From contig CBDBKL010000008.1 in NCBI GenBank assembly GCA_965206675.1, positions 103,208-167,207 on the forward strand: a DNA stretch of 64,000 nt, in the 5' to 3' direction. This stretch comes from Bdellovibrionales bacterium. GTDB taxonomy: Bacteria > Bdellovibrionota > Bdellovibrionia > Bdellovibrionales > JAKFYE01. The position numbers and the translations under genes are program-made. Positions 37,480 through 45,011 of this stretch are shown piece after piece. A model generated the notes under the pieces. It worked only from the letters and a program-made list of their open reading frames with translations, searched no databases and was not told the DNA's origin. Within the stretch, counting starts at the first letter, position 1. Each line of letters opens with the position of its first letter.

Positions 37480-37666
37480 CTTAGAGCCTATCCCAAAACC
37501 AACTTCTATTACAAACGGCTACAATTGCGCTCGGCTTTGTCTTCAAGCAAAAAATGGCCTTCAACGTGCTTCAAGCCACGCCTTCAGGCATTTTTTACTT
37601 TCATCCTTGCGGAGCACAATCTCGCTCGTTTTCATCACGAAGTTGGTTTTGGGATAGGCTCTTAAG
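37480..37666. repeat. family A palindromic element, long copy (about 187 nt)
   Basis: 24-nt terminal inverted repeats AGAGCCTATCCCAAAACCAACTTC / GAAGTTGGTTTTGGGATAGGCTCT. The whole unit is an imperfect hairpin centred on CGTG-CTTCAAGC-CACG. A second copy lies at 60866..61014. Confidence 0.8.
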
Positions 37667-37718
37667 AAATAATCACTTTGAAAACATAAACCATTCCTTG
37701 TTAAAGTTTTAAAAGACC

Positions 37719-38582
37719 ATGACTAAAATTAACAATATCTTATTAGATGTTTTCTTATTTGCCACAGGGGCCATGGCGGCCAGCTTTGGCCTAAAAGGTT
37801 TTCTGCTTCCCAATCAATTCATTGATGGAGGAGCAACTGGGATTTCTTTAATTATCAACCACATAACACACATCCCTCTTTCCGTACTCATTATTTTAGT
37901 CAATCTACCCTTTCTCTTTCTGGCTTATATGCAAATGGGAAGACAATTTGCGATAAAAAGTGTTCTGGCCATTGTCGCCCTAGCTGCAGCCGTTCAATTT
38001 ATTCCCTATCCCCCCATCACTTCTGACAAACTCCTTATATCTGTCTTTGGAGGTTTTTTCCTCGGATTAGGAATTGGAATGGCTGTCCGAGGAGGAGCTG
38101 TTTTAGACGGCACAGAGGTTTTAGCTATATTTATAGGTAAACGTTCAAAACTCTCTATTGGTGATGTTATTTTATTATTTAATATTATTATCTTTAGCGT
38201 TGGTGCCTATGTACTCTCTATAGAAATAGCACTTTACGCCATACTAACGTATATTGTCGCCTCACGAACTGTAGACTTTATTATCACCGGTATAGAGGAG
38301 TATAGAAGTGTAACGATTATTTCCTCACACAGTGAGGAGATTCGAACAATGATGATTAAAAAACTTGGACTGGGTGTTACGATTTACCAAGGCAAGGGAG
38401 GGTTTTCGAAAGAAAATCAAAAACTAAACTCCTATGACATTCTTTACACAATCACTACACGCTTAGAGGTGGCAAACCTGGAAAGAGAGATTGAAGATAT
38501 AGATCCCCAAGCTTTTATTGTTGTAAGTAGTGTTAAAGATGCACATGGAGGATTGATAAGAAAACGGGCTCATCCATTATGA
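37719..38582 (+). CDS. YitT-family membrane protein (DUF2179 C-terminal domain)
   Basis: 287 aa with 5 TM followed by a soluble C-terminal domain. Typical blocks are DGGATGISL and GGAVLDGTEV. Confidence 0.7.
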   Translation: MTKINNILLDVFLFATGAMAASFGLKGFLLPNQFIDGGATGISLIINHITHIPLSVLIILVNLPFLFLAYMQMGRQFAIKSVLAIVALAAAVQFIPYPPITSDKLLISVFGGFFLGLGIGMAVRGGAVLDGTEVLAIFIGKRSKLSIGDVILLFNIIIFSVGAYVLSIEIALYAILTYIVASRTVDFIITGIEEYRSVTIISSHSEEIRTMMIKKLGLGVTIYQGKGGFSKENQKLNSYDILYTITTRLEVANLEREIEDIDPQAFIVVSSVKDAHGGLIRKRAHPL

Positions 38583-39007
38583 GTAATATCTTAGAAAAAC
38601 AAAAACTATTAACAGAAATGTATCATTCGGCACCTATTGCTAAAACAACAGGTATCACCTTAGAGTACAATGAACTTCATCAAGCCGTTTTTTATTTGAA
38701 ATATAATTCTAAGTTAGATCATGGAATGGGAGGAATCTTTGGCGGCACTTTGGCAACCCTTATTGATTTGGCAGCATGGTTTACAGCAGCTCCACAGTTC
38801 GATCATTGGATTTTAACTGTAGAGTACACAACCCGTATAGTCAGGGAATCTTCTCAAATAGACCTCTGGGCAAGGGGTATAAATAGAAAGATTGGAAGAA
38901 AGACAGCCTTTACGGATGTAGAAGTCACAGATAAAGAGAAAAAACTTATAGCCTATGGATCTGGAACATTCCGCAGCACTAATCGCACGATTAAGAAAAT
39001 ATATTAG
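38579..39007 (+). CDS. PaaI-type hotdog-fold thioesterase
   Basis: 142 aa. Its start overlaps the yitT-like stop (ATGA). Size and the GG..GG..ATLID pattern fit PaaI/YigI-like thioesterases. Confidence 0.55.
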   Translation: MSNILEKQKLLTEMYHSAPIAKTTGITLEYNELHQAVFYLKYNSKLDHGMGGIFGGTLATLIDLAAWFTAAPQFDHWILTVEYTTRIVRESSQIDLWARGINRKIGRKTAFTDVEVTDKEKKLIAYGSGTFRSTNRTIKKIY

Positions 39008-39134
39008 GGGCTTTTGAAAAAGCGTTATCTACTTCGTTGCAATCACTCAAACACTCACTCCGACGTAGGAAAAACTACGCCTCCGTTCGGTTTGAGCTTG
39101 AACGCCTCGTATCTAACATTTTTTCAAAAGCCCC
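39007..39134 (-). repeat. family B palindromic element, copy B1 (128 nt, inverted orientation)
   Basis: The closing stem is GGGGCTTTTGAAAAA / TTTTTCAAAAGCCCC. The core is the reverse complement of the B2/B4/B6 core (…GGCGTAGTTTTTCCTACGTCGGAGTGA…). It starts on the last base of the upstream stop codon. Confidence 0.85.
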
Positions 39135-39256
39135 ATGGTTTTGCACAATTTTCTTTTTTACGTTTGATTGAGAACTTAACGAGAGACCTTGCACACACTG
39201 TCTCTAATTTAAGAACTGTAACTGCACTTTAAAAAGAGGGCACAAAAACAGATACA

Positions 39257-39274
39257 TAAGGCATATATGCCTTA
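39257..39274 (-). terminator. palindromic hairpin downstream of the cold-shock gene
   Basis: TAAGGCATATATGCCTTA is a perfect palindrome. On the minus strand it is followed by TGTATCTGTTTTTGTG, about 40 nt past the csp stop. Confidence 0.5.
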
Positions 39275-39311
39275 CATAAAATCTTGTGAATTGTTTAAAG
39301 ATATAAAGTAC

Positions 39312-39509
39312 TTATTCAGAAGAAACTTTTACTTTAACAGCGCAAGGACCTTTTCTACCCTCACCCACTTCAAACTCCACTTTATCACCATCTTGGGGCT
39401 CTGGCCCTTGAATTTCCGAAACATGGAAAAATAGATCTTTTCCATCGTCTTGAGTGATAAAACCAAACCCTTTTCCTGTATTAAAAAACTTTACTGTACC
39501 CTTACTCAT
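39312..39509 (-). CDS. cspA: cold-shock protein, CspA family
   Basis: 65 aa: [33 protein letters not shown], with RNP1 KGFGFI and an RNP2-like FFHVS. A 244-nt upstream gap is compatible with a long csp-type leader. Confidence 0.9.
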   Translation of the reverse strand: MSKGTVKFFNTGKGFGFITQDDGKDLFFHVSEIQGPEPQDGDKVEFEVGEGRKGPCAVKVKVSSE

Positions 39510-39753
39510 TGATCCTTACTCCGTACTCACTTAAAAGATTAATAATCCGGTATTTGTAAAGTCCCCAGCACATAAAAACAATGAAAAAGATCTTATGGCT
39601 TCATTTTTTTCTCTCCACATCCAATATACGAGAACCCCAATCTTTTCGGTGCTTTATTTTCAACGAAGTGCATTATAATAATACAGAATAAAGATTGATA
39701 CTTTTTAAAAATACTTTGTTATTAAAATATGAAGAGGTAGGGGGGTTTATTTT

Positions 39754-40251
39754 ATGACAAAAATTATCATCGCAGGTATTGTCATCGCTCTTTCGGGATT
39801 TTTTTTCTTAGGTTCTGATGACGAAGCCGCTGTTCGTAAAGTTCTTACTGAGATTGAAGAGTTAGCAGAATTTGAGCAACCCTTGACCCAAATAAATACA
39901 GCTGTACGTTTAGGTAAATTGGAAAAGCAATTGACCAACACAATTGACATTAGAGCTTTTAGCAACAAAAGCGACTGGCAACATCAAATAACAAGTATAG
40001 ATCAACTCAAATCTACTGCTTTCCTTGGTGCACGGGCAGCCCAAAGCCATGCGGTTGTTTTAGATCAAATGAGTATTTCTATTGACTCCGATAAAGCCAA
40101 TGCCAACTTTCAAGTGATCTCAGAAGGAATGGCAGAAAGAGGACGTTTTAAAAATATTCTTTCTGTAAGAGTGAATTTAGAAAAGTCAGAAGGCGGAGAT
40201 TGGTTAGTCTCTTCAGCACAAGGAGAATTTGTAACTCCAGATTATCAATAG
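39754..40251 (+). CDS. membrane-anchored hypothetical protein
   Basis: 165 aa with a single N-terminal TM (IIIAGIVIALSGFFFLG). No family was recognised. Confidence 0.45.
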   Translation: MTKIIIAGIVIALSGFFFLGSDDEAAVRKVLTEIEELAEFEQPLTQINTAVRLGKLEKQLTNTIDIRAFSNKSDWQHQITSIDQLKSTAFLGARAAQSHAVVLDQMSISIDSDKANANFQVISEGMAERGRFKNILSVRVNLEKSEGGDWLVSSAQGEFVTPDYQ

Positions 40252-40272
40252 CCTTTGAATGCCACATTATCC

Positions 40273-40296
40273 AAAACCCCCTTTCGTACAAGGGGG
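40273..40296 (-). terminator. intrinsic terminator between convergent genes
   Basis: CCCCCTT-TCGTAC-AAGGGGG is a 7-bp GC-rich stem. On the minus strand it is followed by TTTTGG, 25 nt past the stop of 40321..40761. Confidence 0.6.
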
Positions 40297-40320
40297 CAGT
40301 TTAAATGCTTTCTTCGCTCT

Positions 40321-40761
40321 CTATTCGCAGGTGATAATAGAAGTGTCGTAACGACTAATGCGATAAGTGAAAAGGCAGTTTCCCGTCGCATTCATTCTTT
40401 GTAAGAGTTCTTTACCGTATAAAGTGAAGATAGAACCTCGTACCATTTCCCCTTGGATATGTTGATCCAATATATAGGTGTAGGTGTTCATTAGAGAAGA
40501 CGGAGAAGAGTTGCTTCGAATCGCAGTGAGTGCAATCTGAAGTTTGTTCCCATCTTTTGAGCACGTCACATCATTTAAAGTGACTCCTTCAATGGCTGAA
40601 GAGAGACCCCACGTAAAGTTTTCGGCAGACTCGCAGGCACTGGACTCCGGAGAGGAAGAAGGAATTGTAAAGTTGATTTCTTCCGCTGAGAATGCATGGG
40701 CCGAAAAACTAAAAATTTGAAGAGTTAAAAATCCGATCATCGTCATAATTGCTGTATTCAT
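40321..40761 (-). CDS. secreted hypothetical protein
   Basis: 146 aa with a signal peptide (MNTAIMTMIGFLTLQIFSFSAHA). No family was recognised. Confidence 0.45.
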   Translation of the reverse strand: MNTAIMTMIGFLTLQIFSFSAHAFSAEEINFTIPSSSPESSACESAENFTWGLSSAIEGVTLNDVTCSKDGNKLQIALTAIRSNSSPSSLMNTYTYILDQHIQGEMVRGSIFTLYGKELLQRMNATGNCLFTYRISRYDTSIITCE

Positions 40762-41281
40762 TCTTATTTCTCCTTATTTAGTTTACTAGTTTATGGTAGA
40801 TCACAATTCCGTTGTATTTAATTTCAATAAGTATAGTTCATTTTAAATTAAAATCAAAGGGGGATGTAGTTTTTTCAAAATCCTCTGCCTTTTCCATGGG
40901 CACCGAACCCGACGAGAAGGTTTGTGATGGGTTCAATTTTTGATATTATTAAAGAGTTTTCCTGGCCATCGCTTTAAAGACTCATCCAGCTATCATTTTA
41001 TTTCCTGATTTTGACTTAGCCACAGTTGCCTCTTAGATTTGACATTGAACCAGCCAAGAAAGATTCCTCATCGAAAAGAGTTTTTTTATGATAAAGACGA
41101 ATAACTGGTCTATCAAATAGATAGCTATAAAAAATCAAATTATCTGACTTTATTTTTTAAGATTTTTAAGATAAGTTAAAACAAGATATTTTTTTAGAAA
41201 AAACTCTATCGCTAAAGGGAACATCTTTTTCTTTATAATATAAAATAGGATTTCAAGAATATAGGTGATATTGGAATAACG

Positions 41282-42124
41282 ATGATGATGAATACATCAG
41301 AAAAAGTAGAAAATAAAAAAGCCAACCTCTTTAGCCTGTTTCAAACCCAGCGCAAAGATCAGTGGTGGGTAGGGCCGCTTCTTACTTTTATGGGACTATC
41401 AGCCTTTGGAATTTACACGACATGGGCAGCCTTTCAGGGAAATCATTATTTTCATGGCTCCTACTTATCTCCCCTGTACTCCCCCGTACTCTTTACATTT
41501 TTAGAAGCCCCCGGTGCTGCCCCTTTAGAACATGCATGGCTGGGGCTCTGGCCCCAATGGTGGCCCGGCTTTCTTCCCTCTTCCCCTGCTCTTCTTATTT
41601 TAGCTTTTCCCCTCTCTTTTCGCGCCACTTGTTACTATTATAGAAAAGCCTACTACCGATCCTTTTTTGCCACCCCACCTGCTTGCGCTGTAGATGGCCT
41701 TCCTTTAAAAAATTACAAAGGGGAAACCGCCCTTCTTCTCATTCAAAATTTTCATCGCTATGCCATGTATATCGCTTTGGCTTTCATTGGAATTCTCTAT
41801 TACGATGCCTTTATTTCCTTCTTTAGAAATGGTGAATTTGGCATAGGTGTGGGTAGCGTTGTCTTACTTATCAATGCCACCCTACTTGGTCTTTACACTA
41901 CAGGTTGCCACTCTTTCAGACATGTTATCGGTGGACGTCTCAACAGTTTTTCCTGTGGAAGTTGCGCCAAAGTTAGTCACGGACTGTGGTCAAAGGTTTC
42001 GTTTCTAAACGCTCGTCATATGCAATTTGCATGGGTCAGTCTTTTTTGGGTAGGCTTTACCGATCTCTATGTCCGACTTGTCTCTATGGGAATTATCACT
42101 GACTACAACACCTGGGGTTATTAA
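41282..42124 (+). CDS. putative succinate dehydrogenase/fumarate reductase membrane-anchor subunit
   Basis: 280 aa, multi-TM, rich in Trp/His/Tyr. It immediately precedes the flavoprotein gene and overlaps it by 1 nt. The call rests mainly on synteny; size and order are recalled as similar to the Rv0249c-type anchor of three-gene Sdh operons. Confidence 0.5.
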   Translation: MMMNTSEKVENKKANLFSLFQTQRKDQWWVGPLLTFMGLSAFGIYTTWAAFQGNHYFHGSYLSPLYSPVLFTFLEAPGAAPLEHAWLGLWPQWWPGFLPSSPALLILAFPLSFRATCYYYRKAYYRSFFATPPACAVDGLPLKNYKGETALLLIQNFHRYAMYIALAFIGILYYDAFISFFRNGEFGIGVGSVVLLINATLLGLYTTGCHSFRHVIGGRLNSFSCGSCAKVSHGLWSKVSFLNARHMQFAWVSLFWVGFTDLYVRLVSMGIITDYNTWGY

Positions 42125-43971
42125 TGTATTCCGATATTAACCAAATTGAACATGATGTTGTTGTTATTGGTGCCGGAGGAGCGGGACTGAGAGCCGCTAT
42201 TGAATGTTCAGCCCAGGGACTCAATACAGGAGTCGTCAGTAAATCCTTACTTGGTAAAGCACACACCGTAATGGCTGAGGGGGGTATGGCCGCAGCATTG
42301 GGTAATGCTGATGAACGCGATCATTGGAAAATTCACTTCAGAGATACTATGCGAGGGGGAAAGTTTTTAAATCAGTGGCGTATGGCAGAAATCCACGCCA
42401 AGGAAGCTCCCGAAAGAGTCAGAGAATTGGAAGATTGGGGAGCTGTTTTTGATCGCACTCGCACAGGACTCATTAATCAAAGAAATTTTGGTGGTCATCG
42501 TTTTCCAAGATTAGCACATGTTGGAGATCGTACAGGCTTAGAATTAATCCGAACACTTCAAGATCATGGGATTCATCAGGGTTTTACCGCCCATCAAGAG
42601 TGTACGGCTTTAAAACTTTTAAAAGATGGTGAAAGAATTTCTGGCGTACTCGCCTATTGGAGAGAAACGGGCCGATTTGTTATTTTCAAAACGAAGGCTG
42701 TTATTTTAGCCACAGGGGGCGGCGGTAAAGCCTGGCGAGTCACATCTAATTCCTGGGAATACACAGGTGATGGTTTAGCTATGGGCTATGAGGCTGGGGC
42801 GGAATTAATGGACATGGAGTTTGTGCAATTTCATCCTACGGGAATGGTATGGCCCCCTTCGGTTAAGGGAACACTGGTCACAGAAGGCGTCCGAGGAGAT
42901 GGCGGTATATTGTTAAACAACAAAAAAGAACGTTTTATGTTCAACAACATTCCGGAAAAATTTGCACCTGAAACAGCAGACACGGAAGAAGAAGCTAACC
43001 GTTGGTTAGCAGGAGATAAATCAGCTCGTCGTCCACCAGAGCTTCTCACTCGTGATGTTGTTGCCAAAGCCATCATAGCTGAAGTCAAAGCCGGTAGAGG
43101 CTCTCCAAATGGAGGCGTTTTCTTAGATATTGCTTCACGAGTTCCAGCAGAAGTGATTAAGAAAAAACTTCCCTCTATGTATCATCAATTCAAAGAACTT
43201 GCTGAAGTGGACATTACAAAAGAGCCCATGCAAGTTGGTCCTACAACACATTATTTTATGGGGGGGCTAAGGGTCGATCATGACACGCAGGCTACAAAAG
43301 TTCCCGGCCTATTTGCCTGTGGTGAATGTGCAGCAGGACTGCATGGAGCTAATAGATTAGGGGGCAATTCACTTTCGGATCTTATTGTCTTTGGAAAACG
43401 TGCCGGCTTTGGTGCCAGTGAATACATAAAAAATCTATCCAACACACCCAGCATTTTACAAGAACTTGTCGATGAAGGTATTCGTGAAACCACTGCCTGT
43501 TTAAAACGAGAGAATGGCAATAATCCGTATCTCATTCATGAAGACATTCAAAAAACCATGGATCAATATGTCGGTATTGTTCGTAACAAAGAAGACCTGG
43601 GAAAAGGAATTAAAGAGCTACAAACCCTTTGTGAAACAGCAAAAGAGGTTAAAGCCCATGGATCATCTCAATACAATCCTGGATGGCATGAAGCTCTTGA
43701 TTTAAAAAACCTTCTTATCACTTCAGAGGCGGTCGCAAAGTCAGCTCTACTCAGAGAAGAAAGTCGAGGTGGTCACACGCGCACCGACTTTCCTAATGAA
43801 AGAGAGGAAGGACTTGGTTATAATATCATCATTCATAAGTCAGCAGATGGAATGAGTGTAAGAAAAGAAAACCGCACAGAGCCAGATGCAGAATTAAAAC
43901 GAATTGCCCTTTCAAAAATTGAAGATTTGGAATCAGAAGTGGCTAAGGAGAAATCAAATGGCTCTGCGTAA
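42124..43971 (+). CDS. sdhA: succinate dehydrogenase/fumarate reductase flavoprotein subunit
   Basis: 615 aa with FAD fingerprint VVVIGAGGAGLRAA, FVQFHPTG, and active-site block ESRGGHTRTDF. Confidence 0.9.
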   Translation: MYSDINQIEHDVVVIGAGGAGLRAAIECSAQGLNTGVVSKSLLGKAHTVMAEGGMAAALGNADERDHWKIHFRDTMRGGKFLNQWRMAEIHAKEAPERVRELEDWGAVFDRTRTGLINQRNFGGHRFPRLAHVGDRTGLELIRTLQDHGIHQGFTAHQECTALKLLKDGERISGVLAYWRETGRFVIFKTKAVILATGGGGKAWRVTSNSWEYTGDGLAMGYEAGAELMDMEFVQFHPTGMVWPPSVKGTLVTEGVRGDGGILLNNKKERFMFNNIPEKFAPETADTEEEANRWLAGDKSARRPPELLTRDVVAKAIIAEVKAGRGSPNGGVFLDIASRVPAEVIKKKLPSMYHQFKELAEVDITKEPMQVGPTTHYFMGGLRVDHDTQATKVPGLFACGECAAGLHGANRLGGNSLSDLIVFGKRAGFGASEYIKNLSNTPSILQELVDEGIRETTACLKRENGNNPYLIHEDIQKTMDQYVGIVRNKEDLGKGIKELQTLCETAKEVKAHGSSQYNPGWHEALDLKNLLITSEAVAKSALLREESRGGHTRTDFPNEREEGLGYNIIIHKSADGMSVRKENRTEPDAELKRIALSKIEDLESEVAKEKSNGSA

Positions 43972-44827
43972 AATACGAATTTGGCGTTCCGAAGATAGCA
44001 AAACCGCAAATCATAAAAATGGAAATTTACCTAATAAAACCGAAGGTAATCAAAACCCGATCTCAACCAATGAAACCAAAAATCCTTCCTTAAACTACGA
44101 TCAAAAGAAAGGAACATTTAAAGACTATGAAGTTGAGGTCAGTACAGGAATGGTTGTTTTAGATGTTATACATTTGATTCAAGCGCAACAAGCACCTGAT
44201 TTAGCTGTTCGTTGGAATTGTAAGGCGGGAAAATGCGGATCTTGCAGTATGGAAATCAATGGAAAACCTCGCTTAGGATGTATGACTCGTATGAACACTT
44301 TTGCAGAACATGAGACCATAACCATTCAACCTCTTAAGTCCTTCCCAGTGATAAAAGATCTCGTAACAGATGTTTCATGGAATTATGAACAAAATAAAAA
44401 AATTGCAAAGTTTAAACCCCGCCCTCGAGATAAAGATGGTAAGCACCGTATGTATCAAAATGATGTGGATAGAGTGCAAGAGTTTCGGAAATGCATAGAG
44501 TGTTATCTTTGCCAAAACGTCTGTCATGTATTGAGAGATCACGATAAAAAAGATAAGTTTATTGGCCCTCGGTTTATGATACGAGTGGCAGGACTTGAAA
44601 TGCACCCTTTAGATACAGAGGACCGTATCCCTAAATTAAAGGAAGAGTATGGTTCTGGGATGTGTAATATCACTCGCTGTTGTACGGAAGTGTGTCCCGA
44701 ACACATTGGCATTACCGACAACGGAATTATTCCTATGAAGGAACGTGTAGTGGACCGATATTATGACCCCATATTATGGTTAAAACGCAAAATATTCGGT
44801 GATTCTAAAAAGAAAACAAACACATAA
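43958..44827 (+). CDS. sdhB: succinate dehydrogenase/fumarate reductase iron-sulfur subunit
   Basis: The ATG at 43958 has AAGGAG 7 nt upstream and overlaps the sdhA stop by 14 nt. The 2Fe-2S motif is CKAGKCGSCSMEINGKPRLGC. The other clusters are CIECYLCQNVC and CNITRCCTEVCP. Confidence 0.85.
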   Translation: MALRKIRIWRSEDSKTANHKNGNLPNKTEGNQNPISTNETKNPSLNYDQKKGTFKDYEVEVSTGMVVLDVIHLIQAQQAPDLAVRWNCKAGKCGSCSMEINGKPRLGCMTRMNTFAEHETITIQPLKSFPVIKDLVTDVSWNYEQNKKIAKFKPRPRDKDGKHRMYQNDVDRVQEFRKCIECYLCQNVCHVLRDHDKKDKFIGPRFMIRVAGLEMHPLDTEDRIPKLKEEYGSGMCNITRCCTEVCPEHIGITDNGIIPMKERVVDRYYDPILWLKRKIFGDSKKKTNT

Positions 44828-45011
44828 GAACTTCATTCTCTCATAAACCCAAAGACAGCAACTAAGAGTATAAATTAATTTCAATATGAAAGGGTAACCT
44901 TTTCACTGCTTTTGGACTCATTCGAGTTTTATAGATCAATAGATTATAATGAGCCGGAAATAAAACCACTTAGGGAGTTTATAGTTCAGCACTAAAACTG
45001 TATTGAAATCT

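Noticed and set aside
39014-39232. 72-aa ORF (MKKRYLLRCNHSNTHSDVGK...). Related ORFs are 47934..48188 and 62962..63294, which share ...STSLQSLKPSLRRRKNYA.VR.ELERLVS.TFSTV.
   Set aside because: The shared peptide is simply the translation of family B repeat DNA in one frame. Copies occur in both orientations, with internal deletions that break the frame and with no ribosome-binding sites.
41362-41643. 93-aa alternative-frame ORF inside the Sdh anchor gene. Similar embedded same- or opposite-strand ORFs occur in leuS, speA, coxA and the ankyrin genes.
   Set aside because: All are nested in longer ORFs with recognisable conserved motifs. They are treated as frame noise.
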